Shown here: positions 25,835 through 37,565 of the stretch, in pieces
How positions within the stretch are numbered: position 1 is the stretch's first letter
Layout of the letters: each line of letters starts with the position of its first letter
NCBI RefSeq assembly: GCF_036321535.1
Contig: NC_087436.1
Location: 70,000,001 to 70,060,000, forward strand
From: Camelus dromedarius
Taxonomy: Eukaryota
Direction: 5' to 3'
DNA length: 60,000 bases
The notes under the pieces: generated by a model
What the model was told of the DNA's origin: nothing
Database searches by the model: none
What the model saw: the letters and a program-made list of their open reading frames with translations, nothing else
Made by a program: the position numbers and the translations under genes

Positions 25835-25845
25835 GAATTCAGTAA
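25835..25845 (+). CDS. AMTN: Amelotin exon 9 CDS (G)IQ-stop; spliced protein is 209 aa
   Basis: ttccag|GA ATT CAG TAA, giving the NGIQ* C-terminus. Confidence 0.93.
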
Positions 25846-26106
25846 GCTGTCTCAAATTTTTTCAACTAAGCCGCCTCAAATGTGGTGACACATGAGAATC
25901 TTTTTCATTGATCATATTACAGAATAGGCTGAGACACACTGGAGAGTATCAGAAGAAATTCATTCTTAGTTTACCTATAGAAATGTTCTTGAAATTTCTG
26001 AAAATATATACTTCCTGGAGAATACTGACTTCTGAAATAGAATTAAACGGATAAATTTGTCTTTGAAATATAACATTATGCCACTTTGGACCTGGATGAT
26101 ATATGT

Positions 26107-26112
26107 ATTAAA
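26107..26112 (+). terminator. AMTN: Probable AMTN polyadenylation signal (ATTAAA)
   Basis: ATTAAA followed ~20 nt later by a U-rich element (tctttttcttcttt); a second ATTAAA at 26042-26047. Confidence 0.6.
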
Positions 26113-27752
26113 ATGTATTTTGAAATTGACTCTTTTTCTTCTTTGCGGAGTTGGGGGTTGGTGAAAGAAAGTCAGACCATTTCAGAAACTCCATCACCTC
26201 AGGACACCTAGGTGATTACTCACGGCCTGGACTTTCTCTGGAAGCAGGCAGTGCAGCAGTCATGGCAGTGGACATCCAGCTGTCTAAGGACAAGTTCTAA
26301 TTTCTTCACAACCACCTTAAGACCCACTGTCTCACATAGGAGCCACAAATTTAATTTTCAACAAGCAAATTAATTGCAAATTAAAAGCAAATTATATGTG
26401 CATCTAAAATATGCAGAAGCCAAAAATTATGTCATATTGCCTATCCTCAAGCTGCTTATATACTAGTGATTCTGGCATTTAATGTTTAGTTTGGTATGTC
26501 TGAGAGTTAGCAATGACATTGATAAAAGTACTCACTAAAGAAGAAACTCTTGCTCTGCACATCTAAAAGGTAGAATTTAATCTTATTTAAGTGTATAGCC
26601 CAGACCATTGCACTCCATTCAGAGTGGGAGGGACTGAGAGGCATTAACACAAACTACAGAGAGGCCCCACGTAGGAAAGACATGGGCATTGAATTTAAAC
26701 ATTTTCACTTGAGATCAACAGATATTTATAACATTTCCCACTATATTTTCATCAGCCTCATCAGTATGGAACAAACCTAAATATATACTCACAAAATATA
26801 TTCCATGTTAAGTTTTTCAGATGGTTAAAAATTTAGTAGTGGCTAAAGATTTATTACCCACGGTGTTTTAGATGTGCAGAGCTGAATAACATATTATGAA
26901 TTTTCAAGATTTTTTTAGTCAAATGAGAGTAAATTATTTTGCCATTAGTGTCATGTGATACTTACTACAAGTGTTAATCGAAAGATTTCCTAGGTAACCC
27001 TCTATAGAAAAAAAAGAGTCTCTCTGAGCTTCATTTTACTTATCTGTAAAACAGGGGCAAAAACTCCTGTTATAGACATCCCACAAGGTTAACATGATGA
27101 GTTCAATAAGACGGTAAGGGGTAGGAGTATTCCTGAAAGCCATTTCTGAAGTGGAACAAGAGCAACTGAATCATTCACAAACCACACACATTTATCCCAC
27201 TAAACCCAAAATCAATTTCTCCTCAATTCAACCTTTCTTAGGCAAATCTCAAAAATACCTATGATCATCACAATGCCTTTTGATGCAAAGTATGATGAAA
27301 GGAAAGCCACCATGGAGAGAGACAGATGTTGTTACTGGTTGTAGTTAAAATATCTTACATTTTCAAGAGCTACAAACGTAAGACTCTGTGAACACATTGC
27401 TAGCATCCCCTTAGGGTTTTGGAAGGAGCCAGGGCAAGAAAAAGGCCCTGAAGCTTAAGCTTTATTAGCTTCATAATCAATCCATCTCTGCCTCACCACT
27501 TTTACCCAGTTCTATTTGCCCTTCCTTCCCTTGTGTTTGTGTTATTTTTGTAACATCCTATTTACATCCTTATTAGATGCCAAAAAGTCATAATAACACC
27601 TCCCTTGTTCTAGGTGACAAATTCTGCTTGGCGTACAAAGCAAAGGGAAATAATGTATAGTGAGAGCATTCTATGTGGGAAGTACAAAATATTTTTGAAA
27701 AACTAAGCTCTAATTTAGTCTTGGTAAGGCAAATGGATACCAAGGTCTGGAG

Positions 27753-27867
27753 AAGTGCTGTCCAATCGAAATATAACATGAACCACATATGTCATTTAAA
27801 ATTTCCTAGTAGCCACATGAAAAAGGTAAAAAGTAGGTGAAATTAATTTTAATATATTTTATTTAAC

Positions 27868-27906
<39 letters not shown>

Positions 27907-28112
27907 ATATGTGTATATATACAATATTATAGCCTGACATATATGCAATACAAAAAATCAATGATCTATTTTATCTTTTTTGGGGGGGAGGGGTGTTACT
28001 AAATCTTTGGAAGTAGATGTGTATTTCTATTTGCATCTTAATTTAGACTAGCCACATTTCAAGTGCTTAACAGCCACATTTGGTTAGTGGCTACGATATT
28101 GGACAATGCAGG
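27753..28112. mobile_element. MER3/MER33-like hAT-Charlie MITE with internal (TG)n
   Basis: Inverted ends gtgctgtccaat / attggacaatgca; tagccacat motifs. Confidence 0.7.
27870..27902. repeat. (TG)n microsatellite
   Basis: About 16 TG units. Confidence 0.95.
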
Positions 28113-28399
28113 TCTAAATATAATAGAAGAAGAGCCACAGCATTAAAAGTAACACGCCTATTTAACCAATGGGGAATCTAAAGCTTTGTGTTAGTAACAT
28201 TTCCAAGGTCACTCAGGAGCTAGTATTTGGGGGAAATGGGTTTTGAACTTAAATTTCCACAACAAGATATAAAGTTGAAAGAAACTTCTCTAAATTACCA
28301 AAAAAAAAAAAAAATCAATCAAATTTAATCAATAGTGTTAGAGAAAAGAGTGGACCATAAAATGATAATACAAAATCATTGTCATATGAAGAGACAGAA

Positions 28400-29820
28400 A
28401 AGAATAGATATTGACCTTACACATTTCACAAAAATTAACTCAAATTAATTTCACAGACCTAGAAAAAAATGCAAAAAATAAATAAATAAATAAAAATAGA
28501 GGAGTCTTAAAAAAAAAATTTATATACCTAAACATAAAATGCAAAGCTAGAGATTCCTAGTATATAATGTAGGAGTATATCTAGATGATCTTAGGTTTGG
28601 TGATGACTTTTTAGATAGCATATCAAAAGTACACTCTATGAAGGAAAAATTGGTAAGTTAGACTTTCATTAAAGTTAAATTTTTCTGCACTGCAAAAGAT
28701 AGTGTTAAGAAAATAAAAAGACAAGCCACAGACTAGGAGAAAAATCTTAGCAAAACATATACCTGATAAAGGACTGGCATGCAAAATATAGAAAGAATTC
28801 ATAAAATTCAACAATAACAAAACAAGCAATCCAGTTTTTTTGAATAGGCAAAAATCCTGAACAGACACCTCACCAAAGAAGACATACAGATGGCAATTAT
28901 TCAGAATACGGGAAACAATGCTCAACATCATATGTCAGCACGAAATTGCAAATTTAAAACCAATGAGATACCATTAAACACCTATTAGAAAGGTTAAAAT
29001 CCACAACACTGGTAACGTCAAATACTGCTAAGGATGTGAAGCGACAGGAACTCCCATTCATTGCCGGTAGAAATGCAAAATGGTACAGCTACTTTGGGAG
29101 ACAGTTTGGCAGTTTCTTACAAAACTTAAGATACTCTTAGCCATATGATCAAGCAACTGTGCTCCTTAGTATTTACCCATACGAACTGAAAACTTTAGTT
29201 CACAAAAGAATCTGCATACAAATGTGTATAGCAACTTTACTCATAATTGCCAAACCTGGAAGTAAACAAGATGTCCTTCAATAGTTGAATGGATAAGAAA
29301 ACTGTGGTAAACCATACAATGGAGTATTAGTCAGTTATCAAGTCACAGAAAGTCATGAAGTAATCTTAAATGCATACTGCTAAGCAAAAGAAGCCAATAT
29401 GCAAAGATATATACTATATGATTCCAGCTAGATGACATTTTGGAAAAGGCAAAACTGTGGTGACAGTAAAACGGTCGATGACTGCCAGAGTTCTGGGGAG
29501 AGGAAGGATGAACAGGTGAAGTACAGGGGATTTTTAGGGCAATGAAACTATTCTGTGTAATACAGATACAGAGATGGTAGGTATATACAAATTTGTCAAA
29601 ACCCACATAATATACAACATAAAGAGTAAATCAGAATGTAAACTGTTGGATTTAGTTAATAAAATGTGTCAATATTGGATCATCAATTGTAACAAATGTA
29701 TGACACTAATGCAAGATATTAGCAATAAGATTAACTGTAATTAGCAATTAAAGAGGAGCTCTCTGTACTTTCTGCTCAATATTTCTGTAAACTTAAAATT
29801 GTGTTGTTTAATGATATTAA
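28400..29820 (+). mobile_element. L1M (L1MC-like) ORF2 end and 3' UTR
   Basis: aaaagacaagccacagactaggagaaaa...caggaactcccattcattgcc...atgacattttggaaaaggcaaaac. Confidence 0.8.
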
Positions 29821-29925
29821 TTTTTAAATATATCAAGAAATTACTGGTTAGTATTTTAAAATATTAGCCCACAGTGTTTGCAAATTGATACTGTTTGCTA
29901 GAAATGATGACTAAGAGATAGAAAA

Positions 29926-29944
29926 CGTCGCCCCCTCGTGGTCC
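29926..29944 (-). promoter_or_regulatory. Candidate CTCF site between AMTN and AMBN
   Basis: cgtcgccccctcgtggtcc; reverse complement GGACCACGAGGGGGCGACG; CpGs retained. Confidence 0.6.
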
Positions 29945-30964
29945 TGAGAAAGTAAATCTTAAAGCATAATGAACCAGCCGGAGCCAAGGAAAAGACAGCA
30001 ATGGCCCCTTTAGGAGGAATGGGTACTTCTAGGAACAAATAAAGTCTCAACTATGATAGCTATCCATAAATGCAAGCAAGAACTCAAGCAGTCAGGAGGA
30101 AGGGTGATTAAGGACAACATTTAAGGAAAACCACAGAGAGTATGAGCAAAGTATGTAAGTGATTAATGCCTTGTAATACCATGAGAGTAAGTAGGAAAGA
30201 AGGAAACAAGATTTTATAACTCCTCCAACTGTCTACATTATCCCTTGGGTAGGAAGACCTCCACAGGCCAGGAAAAGAAGTCACACTAAAGGGTCATAAA
30301 ATTGCAGGCTCATCCTCCCAGTAAAATACTGGCAGACCTGACCTGTAGACATCTAACCTAAGATGCAAAAAGCCATATTCAGGAAATTTAATGGGACTAA
30401 GCAAATACAAGTTGAACTTTTAATTATTAATATTCTTAAAACTTTAAATTTGTTAAACTAAAACAGGTAACTATATACCTAATATGAAATGGGTATGTGA
30501 CAGATTTTAGATCAACACACAGGACAAAAATTGTAACAATTATTCACTTCAGAGGAAAATTCAAAAGAACAACTAATTTAAACTTCCTTTAACTTTAACC
30601 TGCGAGAAGACGTTATTTATGAGACAATCTCAGCAAGTAGTGTATTTTTGTCCCTTATAGAATCTATGAAAATATTTTTAGGAACTAAAGATCCTACTAC
30701 TTTATTTCAATGTCCCTGTGCAACTGAGAATAGAACAATTGAGAAGCCATAGAAGTAAGGTAGCACATCCAAGATCACTTTCTGTGCAGATCATCACCCC
30801 GCCTCCCCATTATCATCCCAGGTGGATAGCCACCACTGGTGTTGTGGACATATTCATGTCGCACATTGCATCCTCAGTATTTTGAGTACAACCTCCTGGA
30901 TGTCAATATATATTGCTAAGGATGTTTACTGTCACCCTACATTCTAACCTTGGGATCTACGTGT

Positions 30965-31810
30965 CATTCATGAGTTCTTTCTCCAGCTGCATCTAGCCTA
31001 CTGTTAAACTATCCATTGTTCTCTTAATTTTGTTTATTGGTGTTTTCAGTTTCAGAATTTCTATTTGGCTCTTTCTGAAATCTGCTACATTGTATTTTAT
31101 AGTTTCCTATTCCCTGTCAAAGTTTTCAAGCTTTGCTTTTATTTCTTTAAATATAGTCTTAGTTTTTTCAAAGCAGAGTATAATTCTAATTATCTTGATT
31201 CCCCGTCTGTTTCTTCCTATTGTCTGTTTTTCTTCTCATTCCTCCCCACGGTTTCTTGCCTCCTCCTAAATCAGATTATCTTTGATAACATGTCAAATTT
31301 TGTTTCTAAAAATTTTTTGTAGAAACAATTAGGACCAGAGAGCATATTTTTGCCAGGAGGCCAGGGAAACAACAACCTGGATCATCCTAATCCAATTTTA
31401 GAGTTAAAGATTTTTCTGGGCCCCTCAGATCACAGAAAGGCAGGCTGCAGTCGCTCGAGGGCTGACTTACTTCTAGTTCACCCCTGCTGGGCCCTAATCC
31501 ACCTGGGGAGTAGCTTTCCAGGGCTCCCACATTTGGTGGGCCCTGGACTCTGACTGTTGTCCCTCCAGGCCACCCAGCCTATTGAACATACACTTTAGCC
31601 ACTTCCAGATCAGCAACCAGCACCAGCGCAAAAACAGCCCTAAATGCTGGACTCTCCTTTCCAGACATCAATCTCCACCTGGGTTTGGCCCAGTGATTCT
31701 TTACTAGCTGATTAACTCTTTGATGGTTTTAACATTTTTTAATGTATCATTCAGTTTTTAGTTGTCTTGAGCAGGGAAAATCAGTCTAAATTAGTAATCT
31801 ATCATTATTG
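30965..31810 (-). mobile_element. Old L1M fragment (reverse)
   Basis: tttcagtttcagaatttctatttggctctttc..., typical antisense old L1. Confidence 0.45.
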
Positions 31811-34800
31811 AAGCCAGAAAAATCTCCCTGTCTTTACTCCTAACCCATGCCACAGTATCTTTGGCAGGGGGAAGATCAGCTAACAATCAAAAGGTGTATG
31901 ATGCTCCAGGAGGTGTGTGATCTCAATAAACACCTGACGGTCCCCTGAAACTGAGAATGTGGATACTCACCCCCATTGTTCTCAACTGGGGCTTGGTTGC
32001 TGATTCAGATAAAATAGGAACAACCCCATATGGTGCCCCACACCACTGTATATCAAATAAGAAGTGGGTATTCACTAAAAATACAATACATTTGGAATTC
32101 TCAAAAATTAAGTGTTTATGGTCCCTCTTTGTCCCGAATTAAAAAAAGAAATGAACAAGACTTTGATATGAAGGGTATGTGAATATGTTTGTGTGTATGC
32201 TGAACTCCAAAACATTACACAAGTTATTCTGCTTACTTTGAATATGTATATATGTTTTCATTTAAAAAGTAAAACATATTATTATATCAGGACTGTAAAA
32301 ATATCCACTATTCTTTGGAGCTGGTGGAGTTTATCAAATAATGAGAACTTTCAGCCAGTCACCAGCTGTTTTTTAAAACAGAAAAGTTTTTAAACGAAGA
32401 AAATTACAAGAAAGAAAATTAGTAACCCAAATCCCACCATTCATATGTTACTAACATTAACACTTTGATGTGTACCTTCTAGTCACTTTTTTCTATGCAT
32501 ATTTTACATAGCTTTTTCACAAAGTTGAGTTTATTCTGCAGTAATATATACTGTTACATAACATGCTTTTTCCACTTAACTATATACCATAAATATTTTC
32601 TCCTGTCATTATTTTGCTAATACATAATTTTAATGTCTAAATTGTGTTCTACTTTATCGATTAACCATAATTTATACAACCAGTTCCCTTACATTTTTAA
32701 AGGGATTTTGTACAGTAAGAAATCTTCAATGATCTCTGTTGATCTATCGCCATGAAAAGTGAAGTCGGAATTTCCTACCACTGTGAGCCTCTTTTCCCCC
32801 TTCTCCCTACCTGAAAATTAGTGAGATAATTTGGTATACTTTCCTTCATCTCTCCCCATTGCTGCGACATACATACCGAGGGTAACAGGGGTAGGGGAGG
32901 GGCAATTTGGTAAAGAAGAAAGATAAGGAAAGGAGGGATAAGAGAGTTTTTTAGGAATAATATCAAATGCAAGACCAGCTACAAGGTGGTCCATCTTGGC
33001 AGTGTGGAAGGTCTGATTGGCTCATAGACACTCCACGCATGGGACAAGATGCCCCTTCAATGAGCCCCACCCAGTGGGGAATCAGATGTGACTGACAACA
33101 TGCTCGCTCTGGAAACATGGGACAAGAAAGTGTGGGCCTGGATTAAAGGAATCTAGAGATCATAGAAAAGATGTAAGTCCCAAGAGAAGGCTCATTTTCT
33201 CTTCTACCAAATGTAAAGTACTCTAGAAGCATAAACAGTTATTTCCATGAGATATGAAGGGTCACTTGTCTGTGAATAACTGTTGAGGATGTTTGAACCC
33301 TGGGCCCCTGTGGAGTCGTGTGGGTTGAAGGACTTGTCTCTAACCTGAAAGACTGTTTTGTACATTCTTGTGGGCCCTATATGTGCTTGATCAGCTCATG
33401 TATGATTGCTTAATAATGTAGTGTCTCTCCCCACCATCTCCACTATGAGGAATGTAGTTGCGGGGTTATAGAGGGGGAAAACCTGTCTACTATAATAACT
33501 GTAGACACTTTTTCTTTAATCACTGTTCAAATCAGACTGTGTGTCAGCAAGCGTCTCATAGTTAATTATCAATCCTTTAACCCCTCCACGCCCCCCTCTG
33601 CCCCACACACTGTAATTGTAGTATGATTTACTTTTCAAAGGGATATCTCATTGGTTTAAGTGAAGCTAGCTGCACCAATGCAGTCTTCAGGAACATGCTT
33701 AGGGAAGCTTTCACATCATGCCAAGCAAGTGGATACTGGATGATCTGCTGAAAGTTATGAGCTTACATTCTCATATCTGATCAAGTCTTAGTCTCTGAAC
33801 AATTATAATAGCATGTGTATTTACATTTTGTTTAATCTTTTTTTCATTTTTTACATTTTGTGTAGTCTTAACAAATAATTCTAAGTGCTTTAAAGAAGGC
33901 AAATAGGGGGTCGAGTCAACAGTGCACACAGCATACTCAAAAATGAAATTACCTTCCCACATGTTCCTCTTTCTGCACCCTCTATTTTTGTTAGTGGTCC
34001 CACCATATTCCACATCACCAAAGCTTATAATCATCATAACCCTTTATGCTTCCCTCTTCTCCTGTCTACCACATCCAATCAGATGCCAATCCTCTCCGGG
34101 TCTACTTTGACCCCCTTATAAAATTATTTTTAAAAAAGGTTAAATGAGATTATATATTTAGAAAATATTTGGCAAACTCTTTACCATATTGTCAGACTGC
34201 AATAAAGGCTGGGTGTTGCTATTATTATTATTACATTATAAGTGTTACCCTGTTTTCTGACCTGTAAAGGCAAAAGAATTTGACCTTTCACTTTCACTTT
34301 CAGAGAATGTAGGAAACTTTCAGGGAGGTAGAAAAGAGTACTAGCCAAATAGGAAGTTCTGTGTCCTTAGCATTTAACAAATATCCCAGAGCCTATATTT
34401 TGAAATCTGCAAAACAGGAATGCTAATAATATTGACCGTATCTCATAGGGCTGGTGAGGATAAAAAGAAATATAAATTTAAAACTACTTTGCAAAGTATA
34501 AAGTAATATTTAAACATATACTATTATTTCCGTCTCCTTTTCTAATTACAAAGTGAAAATAAGCAGGCTGGGATACATGATGATGGAGATGAAATTCTAT
34601 TGATTGCGAAGAGAAGTTTCAGAAACATCTCTGATTCTGTACAACATGTAATTTTCTTCTCACAGGAAAGTGCTTTGCAGACCTTGACAGTAAAGGAGTG
34701 GCTGTATACAGCCAATACTTCAGTATTCTGTAATGAAATCCTCTTTACAAAAGGAAAACCTAACTGCACTTATATATTTTTTTAATTTCCTCTTTATCAT

Positions 34801-34894
34801 GAGATGGTTAGGGCTGCAATCCTACGCTGAGGACTGAATCAAGATGAAGAGACATAGCTGAACTTTTTCTTTTGCAGTAAAAGTTGCTTTTTAT

Positions 34895-35650
34895 GTTTTA
34901 ACTTTTTATTTGGAAATAAACTTATGGAAGGGTTGTAAAGATGGTACAGTGAGTTTCCACATACCCTTCAACCAACTTCTCATAATGTTAACATCTCACA
35001 TAACTATGGTACAATTATCAAAACTAAGAAATTTATATTAGCACAATATTATTAACTAAACTACAGATTTTATGTGGGACTCACAAGTTTTTCTTCTACT
35101 GTTCTTTTTCTGTTCCAGAGTACAATTCATGATCCTACACTTCATTTAGTTGCCATGTTCCTCTAGCCATTTCCAATTGGTAACAACTCCTCAGTCACTC
35201 CTTGTCTTTAATGACCTCGATGTTTTTGAAGAATATTGGTCAGTAGTTTTGTTGACTAATTCAATTTGGATTTTTCTGATGTTTTCTCACAATTAGACTG
35301 AGGTTATAAATTTTAAGGAAGAATATTACAGAGGTGATGTGCCCTTCTTCAGGGGATACATGGTATCAAATATGTCTTATGGGTTGCTGAAATGGTATCT
35401 ACTAGGCTTCTCCACCATAAATTTACTATTTTTCCCTTTTGACTCAATAAATATTTGGGGAACATAGTTTTTAGCTAAGAAAACACTCTTTCCCCTTAAA
35501 GTTTTGACCACTAATTTTAACATTCATCTATAGATCTTGCCTGCAGCAGTGATTACTGTGGAATTCTAATGATAACTTTCTATTTCTCTCATTCCTTTTC
35601 CATTTATTAATTAGAATTCTTCTGTAAGGAAAAGTTGCTCCTTTTCTCTC
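34895..35650 (-). mobile_element. L1MC-type 3' end
   Basis: aatgttaacatctcacataactatggtacaattatcaaaactaagaaatt...attaactaaactacaga. Confidence 0.7.
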
Positions 35651-36352
35651 CCAAATAAACTTTGATTTGTCACCAAAGTAATCACTGTCCAACTCTTCAC
35701 ATGGTTTATGATCCAAATATCCTGATGACCTTGGAGCTAACATGGAAACTGAATAAGATGGGACACATACATGGTAATTCAATGGATGTGAGTTTCATTC
35801 CTTCCACTACTCATCACCTAATGCCTAGATGAACTCAACACCTGAGCCATACAGTTAGCACTCATGGAACCATAACCAACAAAACTTTTTATCATCAGTT
35901 AACTTTGTGTACATGTAACCATACCGAATAGATTGTAAGGCCTCAAGATGAGCAAGCAGCCTTCTTTAGAGCCAGGTACAGTACACTATATAGAGACAAT
36001 CAGAAAATGTATTGAATGAATGGATGACTGAGTATTTGATAAATGCTAAGAATAGAGATATAAATGCTAAGAGCCCTAAGTAAAGATCAATTTAAATATC
36101 CCTTCTTTGTTCAGAACCTTCTCCCCACCTCTCTTTTGTATCATTTGCTTCCAGTGTCAATAGATCACTATTTCATAGCTCATTCATGTTCCTTTTTAAG
36201 CCCATTTGTTTTTTCATATCTTCAGACATCTAAGAAAATCACCCTAATTTTAAACTAGGCAAAGGCCGGAAATGAACAATTCAAACAGAAGAGCCAAAAT
36301 GCACAATAAGCATATGAAAGGGAAAGTTTAACTTCAAAAGTTGAATTTCTGC

Positions 36353-36477
36353 TAAACTATTGGGTGTAAGGTAGGTTCAAGGATGTATTACACAACATGA
36401 GAAATATACCAATAGTTTTGTAATAACTAAATGGAAAGTAACCTTTAAAAACTGTATAAAAATTTTTTAAAAATTTA
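36353..36477 (+). mobile_element. Very short L1 3' tail
   Basis: TSD aaaagttgaatttctgc (36336-36352) / aaaagttaaacttctgc (36478-36494). Confidence 0.65.
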
Positions 36478-36552
36478 AAAAGTTAAACTTCTGCAAGTTC
36501 AAATAAAAACAAGATATCACTTTTGCTTTATCAAAATTAAGGCATCTTACAT

Positions 36553-36710
36553 CAGTGCTTCTCAAACTTTAATGTGTGTTCAAATCACCAGAGGACCTTG
36601 TTAAAACTAGATCCTGATTAAATGAAGCAAAGAAAGGACCAGAGATTCTGCATTTCTCCAAGCGAAGCCAATGTTGCTAAACCTAAGGATCACACTTTAA
36701 ACACTCAGAC
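36553..36710. mobile_element. MER5-like hAT MITE
   Basis: cagtgcttctcaaactttaatgtg...accttgttaaaac...gagattctgcatttct...cacacttt. Confidence 0.7.
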
Positions 36711-36757
36711 AAACTGTAACCATAATGATGAGTGATGGTGAAAAAAGCTGTGAGCTG

Positions 36758-37040
36758 CAAATGATAAATGCTGGAGAGGCTGTGGAGAAAAGGGAATCCT
36801 CCTGCACTGCTGGTGGGAATGCAGTTTGGTGCAGCAATTATGCAAAATGGTATGGAGATTCCTTTAAAAACTGAAAATAGACTTACTCTATGATCCAGCA
36901 ATCCCACTCTTGGACATATATCCAGAGGGAACTCTAATTCAAAAAGATACCCCTATGTTCATAGCAACACTATTTACAATAGCCAAGACATGGAAGTAAC
37001 CTAAATGTCCAATGACAGATGACTGGATAAAGAAGTTGTG

Positions 37041-37075
<35 letters not shown>

Positions 37076-37565
37076 TTCTGTTTTATATATATATATACTA
37101 AAATACTACTGAATACTACTCAGCTATAAAAAAGAGTAAAATAATGCCATTTGCAGCAACATGGATGGAGCTAGAGATCACCATACCAAGCCAGAAAAAA
37201 AGAAAGAAAAATACAATATGATATCACTTACATGTGGACTCTAAAAAAAAAAAAGTACACAAATGAACTTATTTACAAAACAGAGACAGACTCACAGACA
37301 CAGACAAACTTATGGTTACCAGGGGGAAAGGCGGTGTGGAGAGGGATAAACTGGGAGCTCAGGATTCATAGATACTAACTACTATATATAAAATAGATAA
37401 ACAAAGCAAGGTGTTACTGTACAGCACAGAGAACTATATTCAATACCTTGTAATAACCCATAATAAAAAAGAATATGAAAAGGAATATATATGTATAAAT
37501 GAATCATTATGCTGTACACCAGAAATTAATACAACATTATAAATCAACTACAATTAAAAAAAAGA
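36758..37565 (+). mobile_element. 5'-truncated L1
   Basis: aaatgctggagaggctgtggagaaaagggaa...gcagcaacatggatgg...A-tail; TSD aaaagctgtgagctg / aaaggctgtgtgctg. Confidence 0.85.

Noticed and set aside
32770..33420. GC-richer island with a CCAAT-like motif (similar patch at ~42430-42930)
   Set aside because: Probably old LTR relics; family and boundaries could not be supported by eye
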